A stretch of 64,000 nucleotides of DNA from an uncultured Verrucomicrobiae bacterium (GCA_963813025.1 CAWEXO010000013.1:448001-512000), one strand, 5' to 3'; counted from the first letter of the stretch, positions 18,761 through 29,953 are shown. Made by a program: numbers and translations. Notes: a model not told the origin generated them from the letters alone.

Positions 18761-19918
18761 GTGCGATATAATTACTTAGTTTTCGGCCAACCGCTGATTG
18801 AAGAGGCGGAAATCGAAGAGGTGGTCAAGAGCCTGCGGGCAGCGTGGCTCGGGACCGGGCCCAAGGTCGCAACGTTCGAAAAACTCGTCGCCAAATACAA
18901 GGGCGTGCAGCACGCAGTCGCCGTCAATTCTTGCACTGCCGGGCTGCACTTGGGTTGTCTAGCGCTTGGCCTGCAGCCGGGAGACGAGGTGATTGTGCCG
19001 GCGATGACGTTTTGCGCGACGATCAACGCGGTCATTCATGCCGGTGCAACGCCTGTGTTGGTCGATGTTGAACGCGACACGTTCAACATGGATCCTAAAC
19101 AAGTGCGCCGGAAGATTTCCCCGAGAACGAAGGCTCTCATGCCAGTGCATTTCGCGGGTCGTGCCTGCAACATGGATGCATTAAGCTCACTCGCTCGTGA
19201 ACACAATTTGAAGATCATTGAAGACTGCGCTCACGCCATTGAAACGGAGTATCGGGGAAAGAAGGCCGGCGCGATTGGCGACTGCGGTGTGCTTAGTTTT
19301 TATTCTACAAAAAACATCGTCACCGGCGAAGGCGGCATGGTGTTAACCAACAGCGCCGAGGTAGCCGCTCGTGTCAAAATGTTGGCCTTGCATGGGATGT
19401 CGCAGGACGCCTGGAGGCGCTTTTGCGACGACGGCTACAAACACTACGAAGTCCTAGAAGTGGGGTTCAAATATAACATGATGGATTTGCAGGCGGCGAT
19501 CGGGATGCACCAAATCGAGCGCGTGGAGAAATACTGGCAAAGGCGGCTGGAAATATGGAAAAAATACAATTCGGCATTTGCCGGCCTGCCCGTGCGACTT
19601 CCTGCACCAAACGAAGCCAGCTCCCGGCACGCGCTGCATCTTTACACGGTCTTGATAGATGAAAAGAGAGCGTCTTTGAAGCGGGATGAGTTTATCACTG
19701 CCCTTCATCGGCGCAATATCGGCACGGGAGTACATTACCGGTCCATCCCGGTTCACCCCGTGTATCGGCACCGCTTTGGGTGGAGACCGGAAGATTATCC
19801 GAATGCTGGAGCCATTGGGCAGAGGATTGTATCACTGCCGCTTTCAGCTAAGTTAACAGATCAAGACGTTGAGGATGTGATTAGTACCGTCAGCGAAGTC
19901 TTGAACGCCGCTGGATGA
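18761..19918 (+). CDS. DegT/DnrJ/EryC1/StrS PLP-dependent NDP-sugar aminotransferase
   Basis: VNSCTAGLHL, IEDCAHA, SFYSTKNIVTGEGGM, GFKYNMMDLQAA. Confidence 0.95.
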   Translation: MRYNYLVFGQPLIEEAEIEEVVKSLRAAWLGTGPKVATFEKLVAKYKGVQHAVAVNSCTAGLHLGCLALGLQPGDEVIVPAMTFCATINAVIHAGATPVLVDVERDTFNMDPKQVRRKISPRTKALMPVHFAGRACNMDALSSLAREHNLKIIEDCAHAIETEYRGKKAGAIGDCGVLSFYSTKNIVTGEGGMVLTNSAEVAARVKMLALHGMSQDAWRRFCDDGYKHYEVLEVGFKYNMMDLQAAIGMHQIERVEKYWQRRLEIWKKYNSAFAGLPVRLPAPNEASSRHALHLYTVLIDEKRASLKRDEFITALHRRNIGTGVHYRSIPVHPVYRHRFGWRPEDYPNAGAIGQRIVSLPLSAKLTDQDVEDVISTVSEVLNAAG

Positions 19919-21105
19919 ACATGACGCATACAACCATGCGAGTGCTGCACTCAGTCGCCACTTATCTGGGTCTTTCGGAGAATTGGATTTATCCGCAGAT
20001 TGTTCATGTTCCGGGCGTTGAAAGCCGCGTGATCTGTAGTTCGCTAACGAACCTCCAAGCTTTTCCCATCGACAGACGAGAACTTATAGTAAATCCGCCA
20101 CCGTGGAATTCGACATTCGGAATTCCTCGAGCGTTGAATGCGTTGGGGAGGCGTTTAGGTTTTGGTGGGTACGTGTCCAGATTGAAAATGCGCGTATGGC
20201 GTCCACAGATAATTCACGCCCATTTTGGCACGCGCGGAGTAAATTGTTTGCGTCTGGAAAGATTACTCAAGGCTCCGCTAATAACTTCGTTTTACGGATA
20301 CGATGCGTGGATGCTGCCGCGACTCGAACCGGTTTGGCTGGAGCGATATCAACAACTATTCACCACTGGCGACACATTTCTTGTAGAAGGACCAGCCATG
20401 CGTGATCGTTTGATCCATTTGGGATGTCCGCCAGAGAAAATTCGGGTTCACAGAATAGGAGTCGATATCGCTGCGCTTCCTTTTGCCCCGAAGGCGATCT
20501 CTGCCCCGCTTCAGATCGCAATGGTTGGACGGTTTGTGGAAAAAAAGGGGCTGACAGACGGCTTGCATGCTTGTCTTCTCGCGCGTTCGCGTGGTGTCGA
20601 TCTTAGGATAACCGTGATTGGGGATGCTTCAAACGGCGACAATGCTGGCCGCCAAATCAAGGAGGAATTAGCCAAGCTGGCCAGCGAGCCTAAATTGTCC
20701 GGACGTGTCGAGTTCACCGGGTTTCTGCCAATGGAGATAACCAGAGAAACCATTCGAGCGCACCAGATATTCTTGTGCCCGAGTAAACACGCGAGCGATG
20801 GAGACGCAGAAGGAGGGTCGCCAGTCGTCCTGACAGAAGCCATGGCGGCCGGCTTGCTTTGTATCGGTACACGGCACTGTGACATCCCAGAGGTTATCGT
20901 TGATCGCAAAACTGGTTATCTCTGCTCAGAAGGTGACGCCTCCAAAATGGCAGACGTTCTTTGCCAGTTGGCAGATGATTCCACTGGCGTAACTACGCTG
21001 GTCGCGCAGGGTCGGAAACATATCGAGGAGCATTTTTCTCTGAAGGCTCAGTTGCAAAAACTACGTCAGATGTATGGTTCACTTGTTGGTTGCCAATTGG
21101 TTTGA
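19915..21105 (+). CDS. GT4 glycosyltransferase (WcaL-like)
   Basis: IIHAHFG, SFYGYD, VGRFVEKKG, EGGSPVVLTEAMAAG. Confidence 0.92.
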   Translation: MNMTHTTMRVLHSVATYLGLSENWIYPQIVHVPGVESRVICSSLTNLQAFPIDRRELIVNPPPWNSTFGIPRALNALGRRLGFGGYVSRLKMRVWRPQIIHAHFGTRGVNCLRLERLLKAPLITSFYGYDAWMLPRLEPVWLERYQQLFTTGDTFLVEGPAMRDRLIHLGCPPEKIRVHRIGVDIAALPFAPKAISAPLQIAMVGRFVEKKGLTDGLHACLLARSRGVDLRITVIGDASNGDNAGRQIKEELAKLASEPKLSGRVEFTGFLPMEITRETIRAHQIFLCPSKHASDGDAEGGSPVVLTEAMAAGLLCIGTRHCDIPEVIVDRKTGYLCSEGDASKMADVLCQLADDSTGVTTLVAQGRKHIEEHFSLKAQLQKLRQMYGSLVGCQLV

Positions 21106-21239
21106 ATGCCATTTGTGTAGAGGCGCGATGAAAGAAGTCCAATCGTAATCCAATGTTAGCGCCTGTCTGGAAAGTGGTCGTGGGGTAATGCATTTTCCTC
21201 TTGGGGTATAATTGCGGGCTATGATCTTGGCACGTTATC

Positions 21240-21530
21240 CGACTGATTTGGCCGATATTGCTCCAGTCGGTATAAGTGAGATTCCGGCGCACTTTGTCTT
21301 AAAGGGAGAATTGCCGAGAATGGTCTGGAAAACTAATTCGTCCGGGCAATTGGTATTTACGAAGAACTTCATGATACGCGGATTGCGGGCAACGAAATTC
21401 CGGATATGGGTCCAGGCATCGTGCGTCAGCGCCCACCCATTCGCTGCCCGCGTACGCAGTGAGCGCGCCAAAGCATGTTTTGTAGGTGGCACGCGCGTAA
21501 AAATGACCATGGCGAGAAAAGGGCGAAGAA
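21240..21530 (-). pseudogene. GT14 (core-2/I-branching beta-1,6-GlcNAc transferase-like) relic, inverted
   Basis: The minus strand reads AYAGSEW(+1)WALTHDA...KFFVNTNCPDELVFQTILGNSPF...RRNLTYTDWS. Confidence 0.75.
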
Positions 21531-21570
21531 CGGACGCCCCCTCCACGCGAACTGACTTTCGTGCTTCTCC

Positions 21571-24108
21571 ATGAGTTCGAACACTATTATTTGCGTCGAA
21601 AACGTCGGCAAACGCTACACCCTGCGCCATAAGGGCAAGGGCGAGCCATACACTACTTTCCGCGAAGTGATTGCCCGACACGCCGCAGCGCCATTCAAAG
21701 CAATCGGTGAGAAAATGCGAGTCCGGATCGGTTTGAATGGTTCGCATTCCAACGGTTCCACCTATCCTCCGTCCAACGAATCTTTTGAGAACGTTTGGGC
21801 GCTCAAGGACGTGTCGTTTGAAGTCAAGCAGGGGGAAGTGGTCGGCATCATCGGGCGAAATGGTGCGGGTAAATCCACCGTGCTTAAGATTTTGAGCAGG
21901 ATCACGGACCCAACCGAAGGTCGGATCCGCATCAGGGGGGGCGTTGCCAGTTTGCTTGAAGTTGGCACCGGTTTCCACCCGGAACTTACCGGGCGCGAAA
22001 ACATTTATCTGAATGGTGCAATCCTTGGGATGAGCCGCTCCGAGATCAAGGCGAAGTTCGACGAGATCGTAGCGTTCGCCGAGGTTGAAAAATTCCTTGA
22101 TACGCCAGTGAAGCGTTACAGTAGCGGTATGTATGTGCGGCTCGCTTTTGCCCATCGCTGCCCATTTAGAACCCGAAATTTTGATCGTGGATGAAGTGCT
22201 TGCGGTCGGCGACGCGGAATTTCAAAAGAAATGTCTCGGGAAGATGCATGGCGTTGCGGAACAAGAGGGGCGCACTGTCCTATTCGTGAGCCATAACATG
22301 GGCGTTGTGAGCACGCTCACCGAGCGGTGTATTTATTTGCAAGACGGACTAAGGTTCCCCCGTTTTGACGGACAGAGATTTTGGGCGCAACAGAGTGACC
22401 AGGAATGGAAAGAAGCTTATCATTGAATGCCGTGCCCAAGAAATACGATGAAGCCTTTAAGCGCCAGGCCGTGGAGCTGGTTCTGCAGGGCGGAAAGACG
22501 GTCAGGGAAGTGGCCGAGGATCTTGGGGTGAGCCAATACTCGATCTACCAGTGGAAGAAGAAGTTTTTCCCGCTGGCCGCCGTGGCGGGAGCGCCGGGAA
22601 AGCCGTCAGGTTGGGCCCGGATCGCCTGAGGATGTCGAAGCACTCCAGAAGCTGGTTCGCGAGCAACAGCGCCAGATCGCTGATCTGACGCAACAGCGGG
22701 AGATACTAAAAAAAACGCTGGGACATTGTCTGCGAGGGGCCCTCGGGCGCTACAAACGGATCGAAGAAATGAAGAACGGTTACTCGACAGAGGTGCTCTG
22801 CTCTGGCCTTCTGCGTCAGCCGGAGTGGTTTTTATGACTGGCTGGAGCGGCGCAGTAATCCCAGTGCTCGAGCCAAGGAAGATGTGCAGCTAGCTGAACA
22901 GATCAGTGAAGTTCACCAACAAAGTCGTGGTACCTATGGAACGCCGCGGCTGCATGCAGAGCTACGGGATCGAGGGCACAAGCACAGCCGGAAACGGATC
23001 GATCGGATTCGGCGCAAGCTCGGGCTTAGTGGCCGAGCAAAGCGGCGTTACAGGCCTCAGACGACCGATAGCGGCCATGATGAACCGATCGCTCCTAACC
23101 GGCTTGCCCAGCTGCCCAAGGGGAGCCGGCGCGACCAGATTTGGGTGAGCGATCTGACCTACATCCCAACCGAGGAAGGCTGGTTGTACCTGGCCGTGAT
23201 CATGGATCTGTACAGCCGGCGAATCATCGGGTGGGCTTTCGCGCATCACCTGGGCACCGAGCTAGTAGCCGCGGCCTTGGCGATGGCCCTGGTGCATCGC
23301 CGGCCGCCGGAGGGACTGATCCATCATTCCGATCGCGGTGTGCAGTATGCCAGCGCCGCTTACCGCCAGGTGCTCAAGGCGCACGGCGTGGTGGCCAGCA
23401 TGAGTCGTAAGGGGTGCTGTTACGATAACGCGGCGATGGAAGCGTTCTGGCAACTAACCAAACAAGTAACCATCAATAGAGAAATCAGCCCAAAATCAGT
23501 GTCCGGAAAATCGGGGCAAGCGCAGACAGATCGCGGCGTCCGGAGATTCGCGCGACATCGTGCAGATGTATTTGATGAAGTCGGTCGAAACGCAAAGTAC
23601 ACGCACGAAGGGCATCGAAACTTGCAGGCGCAACCAGAATAGCGATGCCCCTGTGAAAATTACGAGCATTGGGGTGAATGGGTGCGGGAGCCATTCGGGA
23701 GCTCTACCGAGTATCGAAATTGGCGCTGACTTCACCATTGATGTCGAACTCGAGCTCAGAAAAGTGCTACACGGTACAATGCTGGAAATATTGTTAAAAA
23801 CATCACACGGCGATCGTGTTGCGGTGCTGTTCTCCGTGGATCAAGGTTTCATTTTGTCTCTCGCTCCGGGACGGCATACGGTGACAGTCAGAGTTAGCAA
23901 CTTGCCTCTGGCCCCGGGGCATTACTTTGTTGACGTGGGTATTAATCAATCCGAGCAGACTATTGCTTATGACGTTATTGTTGATTTTCCCTTTTTCAAC
24001 GTCGTGAACAACGGACAAGTCACGCGCTGGCTGGATCGTGCGTGGGGACTATTGCATAGCAATTCCGTTGTCTGGAATACAGCGTCATCGTGCGGACAAG
24101 ATGAATAA
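21571..24108 (+). pseudogene. wzt: ABC export ATPase with Wzt C-terminal domain, copy 3, split by IS3
   Basis: [40 protein letters not shown]. Removing the IS gives YLQDG|QIAASGDSRDIVQMYL followed by a beta-rich Wzt_C-like domain (LPLAPGHYFVDVGI). One extra frameshift near 22152. Confidence 0.88.
22350..23524 (+). mobile_element. IS3-family element with internal 3' deletion and 3-bp target duplication GAC
   Basis: IRs TAAGGTTCCCCCGTTTTGACGGACA and TGCGCTTGCCCCGATTTTCCGGACA. GAC at 22347-22349 and 23525-23527. orfA KKYDEAFKRQAVEL. orfB WVSDLTYIPT, HSDRGVQY, DNAAMEAFW, then truncated. Confidence 0.92.
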
Positions 24109-24877
24109 CTTATCTGATTTCTGGAATGAGAGACTGGTCAAGTTCGGTCATACCGGATGGGCTGATCCAGTCATTTACGCTTATGATCAGCAAGAGCGAC
24201 TGGCCCTCATCGGAGCAGCCATAACCAAGTTGTCAATTAAGCGTGGTAGTGCGCTCGATTTCGGTTGCGGCGCTGGGGACTTCTCGAAACTCCTGCTTTC
24301 AAATGGATTTAACGTATGCGACTACGATCCTTACGTACATCCTATCATTAACTCCGCAAGCTTTACTTACGCGGACTCATTTCAACAAATCGAACTCACA
24401 GACCAATCTAAGGATTTGGCAACTAACAATTACAACATTAGATCATATCCTTGATGAGCACGAGTGTTCGATACTTTGTCTAAGATCCGTGCCTGCCTTA
24501 AACCTGCCGCTTTTTTTTAATGCTCGAATACGCTCTTGATTCTGCTACAGACCGTAAAAAGTTTGGGCTAAAAAAACAGGTACGAGTCTTTTTGACTGCT
24601 TCAGAATGGTTGGATTTGCTTAGCAAGAGCTACTTTCGTGTGGAGGAAGTTTTGCCAATGCCTCATCCACTTATAAGCCCGTTGTTTGGCTATGCCACTT
24701 ACAGCCGTAATTATCTCGCTCGGATTCGGCGGCGGTTTTCAAATTTGCCTTTAGCAAGATTCTGGTGTGATCCCGCTTTGAAATTGGTATGCAAACACAT
24801 TCGTCAAAGGGCCTTTGACAGCCCTTAGCCCCCATACCGACTCGCCTTTGAAGTTGATTCGCTCGCGCGCAGTATAG
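24101..24877 (+). pseudogene. SAM methyltransferase, paralogue of 16827-17600, frameshifted
   Basis: FWNERLVKFGHTGWADPVIYAYDQ, ALDFGCG, ITTLDHIL and LEYALDSATDR spread over three frames. Confidence 0.85.
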
Positions 24878-25330
24878 GTGACAAACTCAGCCCGCTAGCA
24901 GATCCCAATTTTCCCACGTCGGCGATGACGTGCTGGCAAACAGCGGAAAAACGGTAGCAGCTTCATTTTTTCTCGAAACTTGTAAAGTCAGCAAAACAAG
25001 TCTGGCTACAATTCGCGGCGAATTTGACGCACCGGAAAAGCCATGATTCTGAGCCTTGTGATATCACTATACAGAAAAGCGTGATAACTAGAGTCGGTGT
25101 GGTAGCAATAACCTCACTCCGCCGTGCTTGTTGATACTATAGTGAGTAATGCTTTGGACACCGAGAGTACTCAAGTCGGTATTAGTGTAGCTCGTCTGCC
25201 CCCTCGCTGGGACAGCAATAGTAGGCAAATTAAAGTTTATATCTTAAGAAACCATCAAAACTCTCCAACCCATGGGGAACACCTCAGAGCCCAGGCCTTG
25301 CAGCCGTGGCCGACCAAAGAGCAGAAAGAG

Positions 25331-26077
25331 ATGAAGATCCTGAAGTCCGTAGCCAAGAGAGTCATCGCCTACGATCGTCTGCTACACGGCAAACGATGGA
25401 TACATTTCGGCCTTGCCCGCTTCTGTCCCTGCTGCAAGGCACGTGTCCGCAGGTTCATACCATTCGGGCTTGTTAAAAGGCCAGAAGCAAGATGTCCCGT
25501 ATGCGGGTCACTGGAAAGGCACCGTCTCATGTGGCTTTACATGACCCAGAAAACAAGCTTGTTCGACAGGAATCAGAAGAAAATGCTTCATGTTGCTCCC
25601 GAGCCACAGCTATCTCCATTGATCCAGCAAGCGAATTATATCAATTATCTCTCTGCTGATCTGTCCGCTCCCAATGCAATGGTGAAAATGGACATCACAG
25701 ACATTCAATATCCAGATAACACCTTCGATGTTATCTACTGTAGCCATGTTCTTGAACACGTTCAGGACGACAGAAAGGCGATGGGTGAATTTTACCGTGT
25801 TCTCAAGCCCGGCGGCTGGGCGATCCTACAGGTTCCGATCACAGCCGATACAACCTTCGAGTATCCGACGGTCATCAGCCCTAAAGAAAGGGAGCGGTTG
25901 TTCGGACAAGACGATCACGTCCGTCGGTACGGGCCCGACTATAAGGATCGGCTTAAGGAAGCAGGCTTCTCGGTTACGGTTGATGGTTTCGTGCGCGAGT
26001 TAGATAATCGCGCTGTCAGGCGTTTTGGTCTGATGCGGCGCGAAGATGTGTATTTCTGCCGGAAAGAGGCAACATGA
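25331..26077 (+). CDS. SAM methyltransferase (type 11) with N-terminal CPxC/CPxC motif
   Basis: FCPCC..CPVCGSLERHR, LHVAPE, DVIYCSHVLEHV, RVLKPGG, FGQDDHVRRYG. Confidence 0.88.
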   Translation: MKILKSVAKRVIAYDRLLHGKRWIHFGLARFCPCCKARVRRFIPFGLVKRPEARCPVCGSLERHRLMWLYMTQKTSLFDRNQKKMLHVAPEPQLSPLIQQANYINYLSADLSAPNAMVKMDITDIQYPDNTFDVIYCSHVLEHVQDDRKAMGEFYRVLKPGGWAILQVPITADTTFEYPTVISPKERERLFGQDDHVRRYGPDYKDRLKEAGFSVTVDGFVRELDNRAVRRFGLMRREDVYFCRKEAT

Positions 26078-26233
26078 AGGTTTTTGAGTCGTTCTTTATC
26101 GGCTTTCCAGAAGACGCCGGTTGAGGGGTGCTCGGGGTTGGCTGTGAGCGCGCCAGCAGCAGCGAGCAAAGTGAAATGCACCTATTTTAGGACTAGAGGT
26201 AGTGGAAAAGCTGTCAAAAAACATGCATGAACC

Positions 26234-27407
26234 CTAGTCACATGTCTCTTAAATAATAGTGACATTTATTTCTCCTCAAGAGCGGCCTGCCAAGCGCGCT
26301 GGATCTTGGCCAGAATCTCTTCTCCTTGAGCCCTCCAAACATAACGCTTCGGAGGGAGATTATGTTGAGCCAGGTATTGCATGATCGCCTCAACCAGTTG
26401 GCCGACACTGCCAAAGCTGCCGGGCAGGATCGTCTGCTGGCTCAGATCGCGGAAGAAGCGCTCGACCATATTCATCCAGGAGGAACTGGTTGGGGTATAA
26501 AGTGCAGTTCGAAACGCGGATGGCGTTCCAACCAATTCCGGACGCTCGGATGTTTGTGAGTGGCGTAATTGTCCAGAATGATGTGGATGTGTTGGCTCAC
26601 GGGGATCTCCCGGTCAATGCGCTTGAGGAATTCGAGCCATTGGCGGTGCGTGTGTTTGTGAGCGGTGTGGGCGATTACTTTTCCCTGCAGGTAGTCGAGC
26701 GCGGCAAAGAGGGTGACCGTGCCATTGCGATAGTAATCGTGGGTTTGGGTACGAATATGCCCTTTGCCCAGCGGCAGACCGGGTTGGCTGCGTTGCAGCG
26801 CTTGGATCTGGCTTTTCTCGTCACAGCAAAGCACCACCGCATTCTGGGGCGGATTGAGGTAGAGCCCGATCACGTCCCAAAACTTCGCTTCAAAGTCCGG
26901 ATCGGTCGAAAGCTTAAAGACCCGTGTCAGATGCGGCTTGATTTCATTCTCGCTCCAAACCCGCTGCACGGTTGCCTTGGACAGTCCCAACTCCCGAGCC
27001 ATTGCTCGACAAGTCCAGCGCGCTTGACCGTGCGGAGGCCGGGTGGCTTGATCGAGGATCTGCCGCAAGACAGCGGCTGCAATGCGGCCCTTACGGCCCG
27101 AGCGCGGCTGATCCTGCAAAGCGGCCAGCCCGCCTTCGCTGAAGCGCCTTCGCCACTTCCTGACTTGGTTATAGTGCATATCGACCTCTCGGCCGATGCT
27201 CCGATCCCTTTTGCCTGCTGCCGCCAACTGGATCACTCGCGCCCGTTGGGCCAAGCCATGAGGAGTGCTTTGGGCGCGCAGCAATTGCTGCAGTCGCTGC
27301 TCTTCAGCCGAACTCAATTCCACTTTTCGCCGCGCCCGCTTAGCCATGCAGCCAGCGAAGCATTTTTCCCTTAGAATGTCACTATTATTTAAGAGACACT
27401 AGACTAG
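26234..27407 (-). mobile_element. IS630-family element (transposase 26266-27347, frameshift near 26495)
   Basis: Perfect 24-bp IR TGTCTCTTAAATAATAGTGACATT (26243-26266 and 27375-27398), CTAG at both ends, motifs CCDEKSQIQAL, ILDNYATHK, WMNMVERFF. Confidence 0.92.
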
Positions 27408-27689
27408 TTGTTTTTTACGATCCGCCACGAACCATGGCTAAAGGCGACTTACTCATATTCGTGGATGACGACAATGTACTCCACACCTTGCGTTCCTTAA
27501 GCAGTTTAGCAAATCAGCGGAGGACAAACCCGAAGTATTTGGTGCCTTAATCGGGTGCGGTTTAGTGCTTATGCGCCAAATCTACGTGAGGAACTGGCTG
27601 CGGTCGCAGACCTTGAATACGTCGCGCGCCTTTCTCATCGGTCGTTCAACGGGGAAAGAAAATGCCAGAGTCCTTGCGGCTTCCCGACA

Positions 27690-28565
27690 ATGAGCATCAT
27701 GTGTGCAAGAGCGAAATCAAAGCAACTAGGGATCGGCATCACCACGAAGGACCGGTGGGATGATCTTGCTGTAACCCTGTCTAACCTGAGGATGAAAGGA
27801 TATGAGGACGTGGCGACCGTCGTCATTGATGACGCCTCTAAAGAGCCATTGCCACCGGGTCTCCGGGAGGTATTCCCGAAAGTCCGTTTTGAAAGAGTGG
27901 ATCACTCTCTTGGATACGTGGTTCAGCGAAATCGCTTGGCGCAGATGCTAAGTTCAACTTATTACTTAAGCCTGGATGACGACTCCTTCCCGGTGGCTGG
28001 TGACATTAGCGATGCCGTCATTTGGCTTGAGGATCACCCCTCCGTAGCCGCTCTGGCGTTCCATATCGTAGAGGGGGATGATACTATTCCCGGCGCCGAA
28101 ACGCCGGGAGAACCATTCCCTGTGCAGTATTTTATCGGCTGTGGGCATCTGGTGCGGCGGAAACAGTTTCTTGAGTTGGGCGGTTACCTGGAGCGATTGC
28201 ATCATTTTGCCGAGGAAAACCAATTTTGTCTGGACGCTTTACTCCAAGGCTTCAGCACCTATGCCTATCCGGCAGTCGTCATTCGCCATAATCGGACGCC
28301 GGTGGCGCGCAATTCGGCTAAAGCGTGCCGCTATTATATTCGCAACCAGGCAATTCTCGGGTTGCTTTATTTCCCCTTTCCCTTTTCCATTCTCCGTGTC
28401 TTGAACTGCCTGCGCCTTCTCAGGAATCCAGAGTGGAATCTTCATCCGAGCAGACTACTGCTGGGATGGCTGGAGGCACTGGTTTGTGCAATCAGCTGGC
28501 GAAAACTGCGTCGGCCGTTATCCCTGGCGCAGTTTCGCGCTTGGAAAGAGTTGCCCTTGCCTTGA
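27690..28565 (+). CDS. GT2 glycosyltransferase
   Basis: GITTKDR, VVIDDAS, LSLDDDS, FIGCGH. Confidence 0.9.
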   Translation: MSIMCARAKSKQLGIGITTKDRWDDLAVTLSNLRMKGYEDVATVVIDDASKEPLPPGLREVFPKVRFERVDHSLGYVVQRNRLAQMLSSTYYLSLDDDSFPVAGDISDAVIWLEDHPSVAALAFHIVEGDDTIPGAETPGEPFPVQYFIGCGHLVRRKQFLELGGYLERLHHFAEENQFCLDALLQGFSTYAYPAVVIRHNRTPVARNSAKACRYYIRNQAILGLLYFPFPFSILRVLNCLRLLRNPEWNLHPSRLLLGWLEALVCAISWRKLRRPLSLAQFRAWKELPLP

Positions 28566-29887
28566 ACAGCACCAGCACGTTTACGAGTTCAATAAAGGGC
28601 CTTCCCGGCTGGTTTATGCCCCTCTGGTGCACCGTGATGCCGCTGACCTCGTTTCTCCTCATCCCATCCATCCAGGGGACCATTCCGGCGTATCTGCTGG
28701 CATTTGCCTCCGCACTCTTTGTGATGCTGGGTCGCAACGACAAGGGGGAAACCAACATCCAGCGAAATCGTTACCTCACGGTAGCGTTCTCAGTGGCGGC
28801 AATCTGGCTTCTGCTATTGTGCGGCAGCCAACTGGGACACCTTCTCTCAAATCGGCACGACTTTGGCGACATGTTCCTGATCAACACCGAGGACACACGT
28901 GTTGCGTTCCGCTCGGCCCTATTTACCCAGAGTCTGTATCTGGCTGCTTGCCTTTGCATCGCGTTGTTCTTTCGCTTTTTCTTTCGGGAGGAGTGGATGT
29001 GCTATGTCCTCTGGGGAGGATGGTTCCTGGCGCTCTACGGAATTTATGAATGGCTTTTCTTTTTAATCTTCAAACATCCAGGCGATTTCATTGTGAACCG
29101 CAGCTACGGAGAGCACACGGCGAGCTGGTCGCAGGTAGTCCAGGTGGGGTCTCTCAGCTTGTTACGCATAAAATCTACGTTTGGGGAGCCATCCTGGTTT
29201 GCCGCCGGGGTCATCCCCTATTTTTTTCTTGCTCAGGAATACAAACGGAAATGGCTCTTCGCCGCCCTTCTTTTTTGTCTCCTTTTTTCTATGTCCAGCT
29301 CGGCATTCGTCGCCTTTCCGCTTGCTTTGATTTTGCAAAGTTTATTCCAACGCAAACTGAGCCGCGCGACGGCTATTACTGTTCTTCTGTTCGCCGCGGC
29401 CTTTGCGACCCTTTATTACGTTTTCCCCGACACCTATAACCAAATGTTCACCGCCAAGATGAACGGCGAGAACGATTCCGGCCAAGTCCGACAAGAAGCC
29501 GGGGAAGCGATGACCGACACCGCAAAAACGTTTACGTTCATGAACCGCGTCTTCGGGATAGGTTTCGGGTACTGTTATTCAGGGGTGTTCTATGCCGTTC
29601 TGGTGAATACCGGCTGGATCGGCATGATAGTGTACTTTTACGCGTTTTTGAAACCCGCAATATTCTTACGACCAGAGTATGGAGCCCTTGCTTTTAAAGT
29701 AGCAATGGCATCGCTTTTCTTCCTCTTCTACGTTTCTGTGTCGGAGCTTTTTTTGCCGACGACATGGATGTTCTTAGGGCTCGCTTATTGGCGACTTGAT
29801 CAGCAAAAGGACAGGAAGAGGACAGCGCAACTTGGAGGTATCGGCTCTTCCCTCGATGGCAGCCTTCTGCACGCGGGGAAGAGATAA
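28562..29887 (+). CDS. wzy: Wzy-type polymerase / O-antigen ligase-like membrane protein
   Basis: About 10-11 TM segments, RIKSTFGEPS, a periplasmic loop with SGQVR, FGIGFG, LVNTGWIG. The TTG start overlaps the previous stop. Confidence 0.75.
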   Translation: MNSTSTFTSSIKGLPGWFMPLWCTVMPLTSFLLIPSIQGTIPAYLLAFASALFVMLGRNDKGETNIQRNRYLTVAFSVAAIWLLLLCGSQLGHLLSNRHDFGDMFLINTEDTRVAFRSALFTQSLYLAACLCIALFFRFFFREEWMCYVLWGGWFLALYGIYEWLFFLIFKHPGDFIVNRSYGEHTASWSQVVQVGSLSLLRIKSTFGEPSWFAAGVIPYFFLAQEYKRKWLFAALLFCLLFSMSSSAFVAFPLALILQSLFQRKLSRATAITVLLFAAAFATLYYVFPDTYNQMFTAKMNGENDSGQVRQEAGEAMTDTAKTFTFMNRVFGIGFGYCYSGVFYAVLVNTGWIGMIVYFYAFLKPAIFLRPEYGALAFKVAMASLFFLFYVSVSELFLPTTWMFLGLAYWRLDQQKDRKRTAQLGGIGSSLDGSLLHAGKR

Positions 29888-29953
29888 ATCCTCGGCATTC
29901 GAAAAAAGGGCCTACGCATCTTTGAAGACGGAAGGGCGAGGCGAAAGGTCGAA

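Noticed and set aside
21235..22155. 306-aa minus-strand ORF
   Set aside because: Mostly antisense to wzt. Only its tail is the GT14 relic.
26490..27374. 294-aa plus-strand ORF (likewise 34901-35680, 3300-3899, 61850-62479)
   Set aside because: These are antisense shadows of transposases or glgP.
27434..27490. MAKGDLLIFVDDDNVL, a GT2 DxD-motif scrap
   Set aside because: Probably a real relic, but too short to annotate as a gene.
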